Virus record (IMG/VR): IMGVR_UViG_3300006030_000040
Source of the DNA: a virus
Length of the DNA: 43,771 nucleotides
Reading direction: 5' to 3' (one strand)
Shown here piece after piece: positions 6,986 through 16,028 of the stretch. Position 1 is the stretch's first letter. Every line of letters starts with the position of its first letter. The notes beneath the pieces were generated by a model that worked only from the letters and a program-made list of their open reading frames with translations, was not told the DNA's origin and made no database searches. The position numbers and the translations under genes are program-made.

Positions 6986-7092
6986 TGAGATCAAACTGGA
7001 CTCAAGCAGTCCTATCAGAAGACCCACTACTTTACTATTACGAGCGCTTTGCATAAATAACTACATCTGTTAAAATAGAAGAAACAAACTTT

Positions 7093-7464
7093 ATGATTAA
7101 ATCCACTGCAAGGCAGATAAAGGCTGTTCAGACCCTATCCGAAAGTATCCGAACAGGTGGAACTAAGGGAAAAGCACTATTAGACGCAGGTTACAGCAAA
7201 GAGGTATCACTGAAGCCAAAGCTAGTAACAGAGTCAGAAGGCTTTAAAGAAGCTGCTGAACCTTTTGTAAAACAGATGGAGAAAGAGCGCCAAAGACTCA
7301 TTAACTCGATGATGACGAAGAACCTCGATGAGGTTGGATATGCCGATCACACAAGAGCTTTAGACACTCTAACTAAGAACGTTCAGCTCTTATCTGGTAA
7401 ACCTACTGAGAGAATAGGAATGTTGTCCAGCTTGTTCGATAGGTCGGAGGAAGAGGAACAATAG
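7093..7464 (+). CDS. terS: Putative terminase small subunit
   Basis: The size (123 aa) and KALLDAGYSKEV motif are typical of small-terminase N-terminal DNA-binding domains, and the tail is acidic. However, it lies 1.7 kb upstream of the large subunit. Confidence 0.45.
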   Translation: MIKSTARQIKAVQTLSESIRTGGTKGKALLDAGYSKEVSLKPKLVTESEGFKEAAEPFVKQMEKERQRLINSMMTKNLDEVGYADHTRALDTLTKNVQLLSGKPTERIGMLSSLFDRSEEEEQ

Positions 7465-7510
7465 CGAAATGATGTTGCATGTTAAAGTAATGTCATGTTA
7501 AACTGATGGC

Positions 7511-7801
7511 ATGAAGATATTAAAACCCTCACGTTACGTTAAGCTTAGGTACGGCGAGAAGATTGAGCTGGTAGTAGACGGGCAGAGAAAAGAACAGATT
7601 ATTCTTTGCAAGAACTTCCCAGTTATGACAATCGATATGAGCAATACTCTGGTGAGAGACTTCCATTATTTTTATAGTAAAGACATTTGGGACGTTGTGA
7701 TCTTGTTTAAGAAGGTATTTAAGAAGAATTGTACGCATACGACATTAAACAGAGGCGGCTTCCTGAAAGATTTTATTGAAGGGCTAACCAAGCTTAAATG
7801 A
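7511..7801 (+). CDS. Hypothetical protein (96 aa)
   Basis: ORF with an ATGA overlap with the next gene. Confidence 0.6.
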   Translation: MKILKPSRYVKLRYGEKIELVVDGQRKEQIILCKNFPVMTIDMSNTLVRDFHYFYSKDIWDVVILFKKVFKKNCTHTTLNRGGFLKDFIEGLTKLK

Positions 7802-8238
7802 AAAAGAAACCTCTTCAAGTATATCTACCCGACGAGCTCATTAGCGCTCTTAAAGCTGAGGCCGAAAAGCAGTCACGGTCTAGGAACTCGATGATTGAGT
7901 ATATTTTGAGAAACTACCTTAGTCAGTGGGTACTTGACCCGAAAGCATTTCAGGACGCTAGAGGGATTATAGTTCAGACTGGGTTTAAAGATGAGAGTGA
8001 AAGTATGACAGCGAGTGAATATGCTGCTGCCCTTAGTAAGTATTCTCACACTATCGATGCACTCAAAGAAGCCGCAACGGCTACAGGTACTCGCACGGTC
8101 TACGTAGCGGTCTGTGAGAAGTGTAAGAAGGAAAATGAAGTCAGAAAGATGTTTGAGGAAGGAGTTGAGCATGTGATTTGTGAAGAGTGTGCAAAGAAAG
8201 CTAAGCTTCTTTTCAATAAACTAGAAAAGCTAACTTAA
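7798..8238 (+). CDS. Ribbon-helix-helix (CopG/Arc-like) protein with a C-terminal zinc ribbon
   Basis: LQVYLPDELISALKAEAEKQSRSRNSMIEYILRNYL is RHH-like. The C-terminus has CEKCKK...CEECAKK. Confidence 0.7.
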   Translation: MKKKPLQVYLPDELISALKAEAEKQSRSRNSMIEYILRNYLSQWVLDPKAFQDARGIIVQTGFKDESESMTASEYAAALSKYSHTIDALKEAATATGTRTVYVAVCEKCKKENEVRKMFEEGVEHVICEECAKKAKLLFNKLEKLT

Positions 8239-8243
8239 ACATT

Positions 8244-8489
8244 ATGAATGTTACAGAATCGCCAGACCAGAAAAGAGCCTTTGAGTTGATCGAGGGCGTA
8301 TCTAATGGAGAATCTACCGCCATGCTTTCCGCATATAAATTCACCCTTGAGTCGGGTGAGATCCCAGTGGAAGGTGAGTGGGTTCAGAGTTTTGGCGAAG
8401 AAATTGCGGCCTATGCGGAAGAACTCTGGCGCGAAAAGTACAAGCCGTCAGTCATTATATTCCCAGTTAAGTTACCTGAATTGGAATAA
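8244..8489 (+). CDS. Acidic hypothetical protein (81 aa)
   Basis: ORF in the co-directional array. Confidence 0.65.
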   Translation: MNVTESPDQKRAFELIEGVSNGESTAMLSAYKFTLESGEIPVEGEWVQSFGEEIAAYAEELWREKYKPSVIIFPVKLPELE

Positions 8490-8501
8490 ACTTGAAAAGC
8501 T

Positions 8502-8702
8502 ATGAATACAGTCTTCGACTTTAAAACAGCAGTAGACCTCAATGGGTTTGAACTCTCATGGCTATCCAGTCAACTTGGGATTAGTCGTCAAACTTTGAGT
8601 GGATACTACAATGGGAAGATCAAGAATAAGAGGCCAGAGGTAGTAGAAAAGATCCTTAAATGGTTTGAATACCACAGATTCCCAATAAATGAACCAAAAT
8701 GA
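8502..8702 (+). CDS. Small helix-turn-helix protein (66 aa)
   Basis: LSWLSSQLGISRQTLSGYYNGK is an HTH-like segment. Confidence 0.65.
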   Translation: MNTVFDFKTAVDLNGFELSWLSSQLGISRQTLSGYYNGKIKNKRPEVVEKILKWFEYHRFPINEPK

Positions 8703-8724
8703 AACTATCTAAACCCGAAAAACT

Positions 8725-8994
8725 ATGAGAATGTACGTCAAAATCATAACAGGGTCGTTCTGCGAAAGGGCCGCTCTAGCAAGGAGAATGGTGGATTTTT
8801 TCAAAGACATTGTCGCGGGGGTGAGGTACGGGTACCCCTTATGTTGCGTTATAGATTACAGTTTGATCGCTCTAGCTGGGCTGCCGCCTGCTGCAGTGAA
8901 AGCTCACTTTGAGCTAAAAGGCAAGAAATGTTTTGACGGGCATGTTTTATGTGAGAGGTGTTACTTAAAGAATCAAATTGATGAACCAAGCTGA
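8725..8994 (+). CDS. Cys-rich hypothetical protein (89 aa)
   Basis: ORF with several cysteines, including a C-terminal CERC pair. Confidence 0.6.
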   Translation: MRMYVKIITGSFCERAALARRMVDFFKDIVAGVRYGYPLCCVIDYSLIALAGLPPAAVKAHFELKGKKCFDGHVLCERCYLKNQIDEPS

Positions 8995-9142
8995 CATAGA
9001 CCACCGTATGAAACAAATAGATCAAAAGAGATTTATGGATCTTACTTTTTGTGCGACCTTCTTGTGCTGCGGTACTTGCGATTATTGTGTAGTAAAACTT
9101 GCTCGTGATGGGGATTTAAACGAAAGACCTTTAATATTCTGA
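8981..9142 (+). CDS. Small Cys-rich hypothetical protein (53 aa)
   Basis: Hand-translated: MNQADIDHRMKQIDQKRFMDLTFCATFLCCGTCDYCVV... It ends directly before the terminase start. Confidence 0.4.
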   Translation: MNQADIDHRMKQIDQKRFMDLTFCATFLCCGTCDYCVVKLARDGDLNERPLIF

Positions 9143-10645
9143 ATGAATCAACAAGACATAGACCTTTACCGAAAGTTCCAGAAGTCACCTATCTTGTTTA
9201 TCGAGAAAACATGGGGGCTCGTTCCTCAACCTCTCTTGTCTGAATTCGACGGGATGCAAGTGAATCCATCCGAGCTAAAGCATTTCATGTTCGCACCTTT
9301 CATTAAGGGCAAGCATCTTACGTGGCAACAGTGGGTACTCTTGCTTTGTATCGAACAATCCATCAGTGGAAAATCAAAGAAGAGAATAGCCATCGAATCA
9401 GGACAAGGGACAGGAAAGACAGCGGTGCTTGCGATGGTGATTATCTGGTTTCTGTTCTGTCACAAAGACGCTCGTGTGCCCTGTACAGCTCCAACCGTGG
9501 AACAAATGTACGACGCATTATGGCGAGAAGTTTACCTGTGGCTTGATCGTGCCCCAAAAGGAATCAAAGAACTCTTTGAATGGACTTCTGATCTATTGAA
9601 AGTCAGAGAACGACCCGAAACATGGTTTGCTCGTGCTCGTACCGCAAGGAAAGAGAAGCCAGAAGCGTTAGCTGGTATTCATGGAGATCATATTCTAGTC
9701 GTAGTTGACGAGGCATCTGGAGTTGATGACGAGATCTTTAGAATCGCTGAAGGTATGCTCACAGGTGGGAATGTAATCTTCATCATGTTCTCTCAGCACC
9801 AAAGACTATTTGGCTACTTTCACTCAGCTTTCACATCTGACAAAGAGGCTTATCAAACCCTTTCCTTCAACTCCCTTGAATCTCCTGTTGTGGACAAGAA
9901 ATTCACGGAACGCATAGCGGAGAAATACGGAACGGATAGCGACGTGTGGCGGATTCAAGTTCTAGGCCAAGCGCCTAAAGCGGATGCAGTAGACGAAAAG
10001 GGTTACGTCCCCCTTCTGAATGACGAGGACATTAGGGTAGGCCCAGACGTTCCATTGGTCGGACAGAAGCGATTAGGGATTGATCCTAGTGGTGAGGGGT
10101 CAGACACAACGGAATGGACTGAGAGGGATTCTTACAAGGCAAAGAACTGTTTGACTGAGAAAATATCTAACTCACTTTCAATTGCAGCGAAGACGCAAGC
10201 ACTCATGGACCTTGATAAAATAGACGATAACAAGACTTATGTAGATAACTTCGGCGAGGGGGCAAATGTGGCCGTAGAACTTGCCAAGGCAAGGAAGTTT
10301 GTGAAAGCTATCAATGTCGGGCTCCCTGCTGAAGACTCTGAGAGGTTCTTAAACAAACGCGCTGAAGCGTTCTGGAGACTTAGAGAGTGGTGCAGGAAAG
10401 GAGGAGAGTTAATCGGGGAACACGCAGGGGAACTCAAGGCGGAGTTACTAGTGATTAAGTATCGTTACGGCTCTGGTGGTAGGATCCAGATCATGAGCAA
10501 GGAAGACATGCGCAAAGCAGGGATTAAAAGCCCGAACAAAGCAGATAGTTTAATGCTGACCTTTGTCGATCCTGAGTCGAATTACAATTACAAAGCAGAG
10601 GAATCCAACGAACCATTCGACAGTCATGCGATTATATCGTTTTGA
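9143..10645 (+). CDS. terL: Terminase large subunit
   Basis: Walker A ESGQGTGKT, Walker B ILVVVDEASGV, a C-terminal nuclease-like region (GIDPSGEGSD), 500 aa, directly upstream of the portal-sized gene. Confidence 0.92.
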   Translation: MNQQDIDLYRKFQKSPILFIEKTWGLVPQPLLSEFDGMQVNPSELKHFMFAPFIKGKHLTWQQWVLLLCIEQSISGKSKKRIAIESGQGTGKTAVLAMVIIWFLFCHKDARVPCTAPTVEQMYDALWREVYLWLDRAPKGIKELFEWTSDLLKVRERPETWFARARTARKEKPEALAGIHGDHILVVVDEASGVDDEIFRIAEGMLTGGNVIFIMFSQHQRLFGYFHSAFTSDKEAYQTLSFNSLESPVVDKKFTERIAEKYGTDSDVWRIQVLGQAPKADAVDEKGYVPLLNDEDIRVGPDVPLVGQKRLGIDPSGEGSDTTEWTERDSYKAKNCLTEKISNSLSIAAKTQALMDLDKIDDNKTYVDNFGEGANVAVELAKARKFVKAINVGLPAEDSERFLNKRAEAFWRLREWCRKGGELIGEHAGELKAELLVIKYRYGSGGRIQIMSKEDMRKAGIKSPNKADSLMLTFVDPESNYNYKAEESNEPFDSHAIISF

Positions 10646-10681
10646 CAATTTAGTCATAATCTGATATAGGAGAGATACAAC

Positions 10682-10707
10682 TCGCTCGCCAAGCGTCAAA
10701 AGGCACG
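10682..10707 (+). promoter_or_regulatory. Conserved late-region motif, copy 1 (TCGCTCGCCAAGCGTCAAAAGGCACG), upstream of the portal gene
   Basis: Near-identical to 16002..16028 (TCGCCCGCCAAAGCGTCAAATGGCATG). Both copies lie after a gene end and are followed by a T-run (10724-10729; 16048-16051). Confidence 0.4.
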
Positions 10708-10732
10708 AACCTAACCTTGTGGCTTTTTTCAT

Positions 10733-12685
10733 ATGGATTATAAATATCCCTCAGTAGAACCTCCCAAGTACTCGAAGGAAGAAATAGAATATCGTGGATA
10801 CCTTATTCAACGATTGGAACGGTCAAGAAATGCTCGTGAGAAAACACATCCAGAGTTCGACGACATGAGTTATACGGACTATTTCCAGACCAATGCAAAG
10901 GCTGGGAACTCGTATATCCCACCACGAAGGAACCCAGAAGACGTCAGGATTGTTACTGGCGTAACCTCGGAGAAAGTAGAGACGTTTGTCTCTGCTCTTC
11001 TGAATTACAATCTTTTGCCTAACATCCGTGCTTACGATGAAGACGAGAAAGAAATCAGAGAGCTTGGAGAGAACCTAGAGGCATTGGTGTTGAAGAGTTA
11101 TAAGCTAGAGAAATATGACGAGAAAAGACCTTTAATTTATCGTGAAGCTGCCATACAGGGTGATGTGTTTACTGAAGAAGTATTGCTCGAGTATCGGGAC
11201 GTAGAAAAAGAACTTGATGGGAAGTCTTGGGATGAGGCTGTGAAAATGGTTAAGAACTGGAAAGAACGTAAGAAGCCACGTATTCGCAGAGAACTAGTAA
11301 CCAATATGATTTCGGGGCTAGGATTCTACTTTGGCAATATCCTGGATTTTCAAATAGAAACCCAGCCTTATATCTTCACACGAGAGGTTAAGACTTATGA
11401 AGAATGCAGGCAGCTTTATGGAAACTGGGCACGCTTTGAGAACGTACCAGCTAGAATGAATAAGCTTACTGAATATGTTGGCGAAGGAGAGTTGAAGTTC
11501 AACGATTGGAGCCTTGAAGAAACAGAAGATGGATTTGTGGAAGTCATTAAATACCAAGACAGGCCCCTTAACGAGTACATGATTATTCTGAATGGAGTGA
11601 TGATGCTCCCGCTTGGCTTCCCTCTCTCTGCCTTGGTTGGGAAGTGTGACTACACGATTGCTAAGTTCCCCCTGTTCCCGATCTCTAGACACTTCGCTTA
11701 CTCGAAAGGGATCTGTGCGAAGACCAAAGTAGACCAAGCAATGCTTGATGAGTTCTACAAGATGTACACGGTTAAGACGCAAAAAAGTGTTAAGCCTCCA
11801 ATGGCAAACAATACTGGGCGGCATTTATCTAGTAAGATTTTCATGCCCTCTGCAATTGTGGACGATGTGGACCCAACTAGGCTACAGCCAATTGGCGAGA
11901 ATGGAGGTGTTACTCAGTCCGAGTTCGCATTTATTCAGTACATCAAGTCTACGATTGACGCTAAATCAATCAGCTCAGTATTTGAAGGTAGTACCCCAGA
12001 AGGCCAACAGACGGCTACAGAGATCAATCTACTTCAAAAACAAAGCCTTCAAAAGATGGGGCTTGCAGTTTATGGAGCTATCAACTTTGAAAAACAAAGG
12101 GCCAAGTTACGTCTAAGGAATATCATCACAAACTGGACTAAGGTGGAAGATGAAGAGGTAGACGAAGTTAAGGGGGAACTCAAGAATGTATACAAGAGGT
12201 TTGAAATTGAAGACGATGTTGAAGGCTCACAAGGAACTCGCATGATTGAGATGACCACTGAGCCCAAGGATTCCGCTCAGCTACTTGGAATGGAAAAATT
12301 GATGGCAAGAACTGGGCGCAAGATAAAGATAATTCATATTAATCCTGAAGAACTTCGGAAGGCTGAACTCATGTTTGATATTGAAATCGTGCCTACTCCT
12401 ACCGATACAGACGCACTAGAGAAGGCTCAGTACCGTGAAGACGTTACTTGGCTGCTCACGACATTTGGACCTCAAGCATTTAATATGGAATATTTGAAAG
12501 ACCAGGCGCTTATTAAATCTAAACTAGACCCTGATAAGGCAAAACTTGAACAAGCCATGCCGATGCAGCAAGGAATGCCTGGACAAGCTCCGCAAGGTGA
12601 TGTAACATCTCAGTTGAATCAAGCGGTGCAAGGAAGGCAACCTTCACCATCACAACCATCTCTAAATACTCTAGCTCGTGCTTAA
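10733..12685 (+). CDS. Portal protein
   Basis: 650-aa ORF immediately downstream of the large terminase, with a Gln/Pro-rich C-terminal tail. The call rests on size and position; I identified no family motif by eye. Confidence 0.75.
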   Translation: MDYKYPSVEPPKYSKEEIEYRGYLIQRLERSRNAREKTHPEFDDMSYTDYFQTNAKAGNSYIPPRRNPEDVRIVTGVTSEKVETFVSALLNYNLLPNIRAYDEDEKEIRELGENLEALVLKSYKLEKYDEKRPLIYREAAIQGDVFTEEVLLEYRDVEKELDGKSWDEAVKMVKNWKERKKPRIRRELVTNMISGLGFYFGNILDFQIETQPYIFTREVKTYEECRQLYGNWARFENVPARMNKLTEYVGEGELKFNDWSLEETEDGFVEVIKYQDRPLNEYMIILNGVMMLPLGFPLSALVGKCDYTIAKFPLFPISRHFAYSKGICAKTKVDQAMLDEFYKMYTVKTQKSVKPPMANNTGRHLSSKIFMPSAIVDDVDPTRLQPIGENGGVTQSEFAFIQYIKSTIDAKSISSVFEGSTPEGQQTATEINLLQKQSLQKMGLAVYGAINFEKQRAKLRLRNIITNWTKVEDEEVDEVKGELKNVYKRFEIEDDVEGSQGTRMIEMTTEPKDSAQLLGMEKLMARTGRKIKIIHINPEELRKAELMFDIEIVPTPTDTDALEKAQYREDVTWLLTTFGPQAFNMEYLKDQALIKSKLDPDKAKLEQAMPMQQGMPGQAPQGDVTSQLNQAVQGRQPSPSQPSLNTLARA

Positions 12686-13049
12686 AGCCTTGTTGGGAAG
12701 ATGGCTGGGCGAACAAAACACGGATATCACTCAACTGATAAAAAAAGACTTACTGCTTGTGCAGGAAGTTGTTGATTTAGATAAACTAAGTGGCGAAGAG
12801 AAGGCGGCGTACTTACTTAAGGCGCACGAATTATGGGTCAATCCTGTTTTCCACGATCTTGTCAGTCAAATAGCGAAATTGCAGCAAGAGGAGACGATGC
12901 AGCATGCGCAGACTGAGAAGCAACTCTGGGCCGGGAAATGTAATCTAGTGACGACTAGCCTCTTTAGAGATGAAGCGCAAAGGCTCGATGGGCTCTATGA
13001 GAGCTCTAAAGGTAGTGAGAGCGTAGATCAATCAGTCTTAATACCCTAA
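12678..13049 (+). CDS. Hypothetical head-module protein (about 123 aa, GTG start)
   Basis: ORF overlapping the portal stop by 8 nt. There is no in-frame ATG near the 5' end, so the start is uncertain. Confidence 0.5.
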   Translation: MLKALLGRWLGEQNTDITQLIKKDLLLVQEVVDLDKLSGEEKAAYLLKAHELWVNPVFHDLVSQIAKLQQEETMQHAQTEKQLWAGKCNLVTTSLFRDEAQRLDGLYESSKGSESVDQSVLIP

Positions 13050-13060
13050 CCCCCTATTTT

Positions 13061-13294
13061 ATGGACCTCAAAGCCATGATAGAAACCCGCATGAAGAATA
13101 CTCAAGCGGAGCACGGAAAAGTATCTCAAATGATTCACCAAGCGGAGGCGCAACTCACAGCGCTCACGACTAAACGTGTAGAGCTTGCAAGCGTTTACAA
13201 CGCTGACAAAGAACTCTTGGATCAATTCACCAAGAGCACGCCAATCCCAGAAGAGACGGTAAAGCCAGAAGTGAAAGTTAAAAAGACTAAATAA
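13061..13294 (+). CDS. Small coiled-coil protein (77 aa)
   Basis: ORF in the head module with heptad-like charged sequence. Confidence 0.6.
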   Translation: MDLKAMIETRMKNTQAEHGKVSQMIHQAEAQLTALTTKRVELASVYNADKELLDQFTKSTPIPEETVKPEVKVKKTK

Positions 13295-13311
13295 TTTAAC
13301 CCATCCACATC

Positions 13312-13914
13312 ATGCCAGATGAAAATGACGAACAGGTCCAAGTAACCAAAGCAGAGCTAGAAGCACTGCAGCAAGCCAAGGCTAAGCTTGAAGAAGTAGA
13401 GCCAGAGTTTGAAAAGCTCAAGTCTAAAGACATGAACTTTGAAAAGCTCCGTGAGGCTAAAGAGAAAGAAGGTAGCAAGGCAAAGGAAAAGGAAACGGAG
13501 ATCGAAAAAATTAAACGTGAGACGGAAGAGTGGAAGCAGGCTCAAATTGACGAGCTGCAAAAGGCCCGCGAAGAACAGTTCGCAGAAACCAAGGACATCT
13601 TCCTAAAGAACTTAGTTGGTGAAGACACTAAGGCTCGCGAGCGATTGCTTTATGAAATGGACCAACTTAAAGGGGAGGTTCGTACTGAAGCGCAACTTCG
13701 GGAGAAGATGGAGAAGGCTTACTTATTAATCAACAGTACAAGGCCAGAGCCGAGTGCCTTTTCCAAAGTAGCCCTTACTTCCCCGGTAGGCGCAACTGAA
13801 AAAAAGAACTTTACCGACACCACAGAGGGGCTTGAAGTCCTGAATAAAGTAACTCGTGGGAAAGTAGACTGGTCAAAACTGCCTAAGAGGACAGGTGGCT
13901 CTTATTTCAATTAA
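13312..13914 (+). CDS. Putative scaffolding protein
   Basis: 200 aa, extremely Glu/Lys-rich coiled-coil sequence, located between portal and capsid genes. Confidence 0.6.
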   Translation: MPDENDEQVQVTKAELEALQQAKAKLEEVEPEFEKLKSKDMNFEKLREAKEKEGSKAKEKETEIEKIKRETEEWKQAQIDELQKAREEQFAETKDIFLKNLVGEDTKARERLLYEMDQLKGEVRTEAQLREKMEKAYLLINSTRPEPSAFSKVALTSPVGATEKKNFTDTTEGLEVLNKVTRGKVDWSKLPKRTGGSYFN

Positions 13915-13925
13915 CAATCTAAACA

Positions 13926-14726
13926 ATGTCACAAGAACGATTTAAAGAACTCTCCGATAAAGTACAAAGCTTCGGGAAGGGAGGGTACATGAAGCTGTCT
14001 AAGGAAGAACAAACGGAGTACAGCACTCTAAAAGAACAATTCAAAACATTAGGCACGGCCTCGGAGTTTGAAGAGGGCGATGAAGTAGTGCCTACGCCCA
14101 AGCAAGAGGTCCCACGGGAAACAATCACTATGAGCAGGCAAGAACTTGAAGACCTCATTGCCTCTAAAGTAGCCAATCTTCAGGAAGCCAATACTGCATT
14201 GATGGTAAAGACTAATGAAATGCGTGCAGAAATGGGACTTGGAGAATGGAAGAGCTTTGAAGAGACTCAAGATCGTAAGCACACAGCTTGGCTCAAGGTT
14301 TACCGTGAGAACCCAATGGATGAAGGCGGCGTGATAGTAGGGTCCAGAGAGAATAAGATCACTCGTGACGCAAAAGGATATATCCTAAACACTCTCTACC
14401 AAATTGATGTATTGTTTAAGGATGGAGTTAAGCAATTTGTGATCCCTCAAGTTGAATTTGGAAGCATCACAGACCGTGAAATGGTGGATATTATAGAGAT
14501 GAAGAAGGAAAAGAAGGTAAAAGTACATGGCAAGGTCCGTAAATCAGTGAAAGACAAGGAAGGGTACTCCTATTCTCCGCTCACTTCTTCGGATGGATCT
14601 ATAAATCAGGATAAAAAGGGTGACGAGTGGGTTGAACTCCGTGAGGTCCGTGACGAAATCACTGTCACCATCAAACGCGCGGATGGACAAACTCACAGGA
14701 TGAACGGAAAATATTTAAATAGTTAA
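13926..14726 (+). CDS. Hypothetical head-module protein (266 aa)
   Basis: Long ORF in the co-directional array. No motif recognised. Confidence 0.7.
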   Translation: MSQERFKELSDKVQSFGKGGYMKLSKEEQTEYSTLKEQFKTLGTASEFEEGDEVVPTPKQEVPRETITMSRQELEDLIASKVANLQEANTALMVKTNEMRAEMGLGEWKSFEETQDRKHTAWLKVYRENPMDEGGVIVGSRENKITRDAKGYILNTLYQIDVLFKDGVKQFVIPQVEFGSITDREMVDIIEMKKEKKVKVHGKVRKSVKDKEGYSYSPLTSSDGSINQDKKGDEWVELREVRDEITVTIKRADGQTHRMNGKYLNS

Positions 14727-14737
14727 CCTAATCTCAG

Positions 14738-15331
14738 ATGGCAAAAGACCTATCAGAAAATGACAAGAAGTTCGTGGAAAGATCACGCAAACACTTTGAA
14801 GAAAAGGCAGTGAACTTTGTGAACAGTCACATCATAGGAGATTTACTCGCTCGTGATCTTCCAGTATTTGATTCTTATTACATCATGGGGCGAGTAAGGG
14901 CTATGTTGTCGGAGAAATACGCTCAGATTGACTTTAATAGTGAAGTGATTATTAAGGCTCGTATGGAACTGCTTAAACAGACTATTGCTGAGGCTAAGAT
15001 AAAGAAAGTAAACCGCCCAAAGGAAAAGGACGAGTTCGCTCAGCAACGAGCAGATCGTTGTGAGCCAGTTTGTAGGAGTATTGTAGAGAAACTACTCAAC
15101 GAAGACCTTTTGCTCTCAAATCCTGAGTATTTACCTACTGCTATTTCCGAAGATGACCGATTGCTTCTTTATGTGCTCGTGAATGGATTTGTAGATCATA
15201 TTGACAACAGTCTAGAGCTTGGCGCTCACGATAATCGCCGCAGAGCCGAGAAAGCTAAATGGGACGGCAAGGAGCCCGAAGAAATAACATGGAAAGATCT
15301 CGATAAGGCGCTAACAAAGCCTAAAGAATGA
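14738..15331 (+). CDS. Hypothetical head-module protein (197 aa)
   Basis: Long ORF with an ATGA overlap with the next gene. Confidence 0.7.
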   Translation: MAKDLSENDKKFVERSRKHFEEKAVNFVNSHIIGDLLARDLPVFDSYYIMGRVRAMLSEKYAQIDFNSEVIIKARMELLKQTIAEAKIKKVNRPKEKDEFAQQRADRCEPVCRSIVEKLLNEDLLLSNPEYLPTAISEDDRLLLYVLVNGFVDHIDNSLELGAHDNRRRAEKAKWDGKEPEEITWKDLDKALTKPKE

Positions 15332-15951
15332 AACGCGTCCTAGTAGCAATGCCTACATATTCAGGTCATATTCCTATTGAATTAATGTTCAATTTAATGT
15401 CTTTGAAAGTGCCAGAAGGTTACTCGGTCAACTTCTCTTATGTTAAACGGACTCCAATCGATACAGCTCGCAATTCGTTCGCTCAGGGCGCATTAAACGG
15501 TGGCTATGATTACATCCTGTTCGTGGACGATGATACGATCCCACCTACGGATGCTCTTGAAATTATGCTTGCGATGGACAAGCCTGTTATTATCCCACCA
15601 ATCCCAGCCAGGAAAGATAATGGGGAAGGGAGGTTATGTATTTTCGAGGAAGACTGGTCTGATGAACTCTCTGAGGTAAAAGAAGAGCGGAAGATTGGCG
15701 GTGGTGGTATGGCTTGCACCTTAATCAAACGCGAAGTCTTAGAAGCCGTGGCTAACAAATACGGCAAGCCTTTTGCCTATGGAGAGTGGGATGGTAAACG
15801 ATATTCTGAAGACACTAGTTTCTGCCGTCGAGTCAATGAACTAGGTTTTGAGATATGGACTACGTCAAAAGTAACGCCTTCGCACATAGGGCAGCAAATG
15901 GTTTATGTTTATGAACCAACTGGGATTGAGACTTACGTACTTCCATGTTGA
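15328..15951 (+). CDS. GT-A fold (family-2-like) glycosyltransferase
   Basis: VLVAMPTYSG N-terminus, YILFVDDDTIPP (DxD motif), GGGGMACTLIKREVLE. Confidence 0.8.
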   Translation: MKRVLVAMPTYSGHIPIELMFNLMSLKVPEGYSVNFSYVKRTPIDTARNSFAQGALNGGYDYILFVDDDTIPPTDALEIMLAMDKPVIIPPIPARKDNGEGRLCIFEEDWSDELSEVKEERKIGGGGMACTLIKREVLEAVANKYGKPFAYGEWDGKRYSEDTSFCRRVNELGFEIWTTSKVTPSHIGQQMVYVYEPTGIETYVLPC

Positions 15952-16001
15952 TTTAATCTTAGCGAAGTGGTATAGGTATATCGAAGTTTAAAGGACTTCA
16001 T

Positions 16002-16028
16002 TCGCCCGCCAAAGCGTCAAATGGCATG
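16002..16028 (+). promoter_or_regulatory. Conserved late-region motif, copy 2, in the 187-bp leader upstream of the decoration-like and capsid genes
   Basis: See 10682..10707. Here CGCCAA (16007-16012) pairs with TTGGCG (16041-16046) around an inner GTAA-AAATG-TTAC hairpin, and CTTTTCC follows. Confidence 0.4.
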
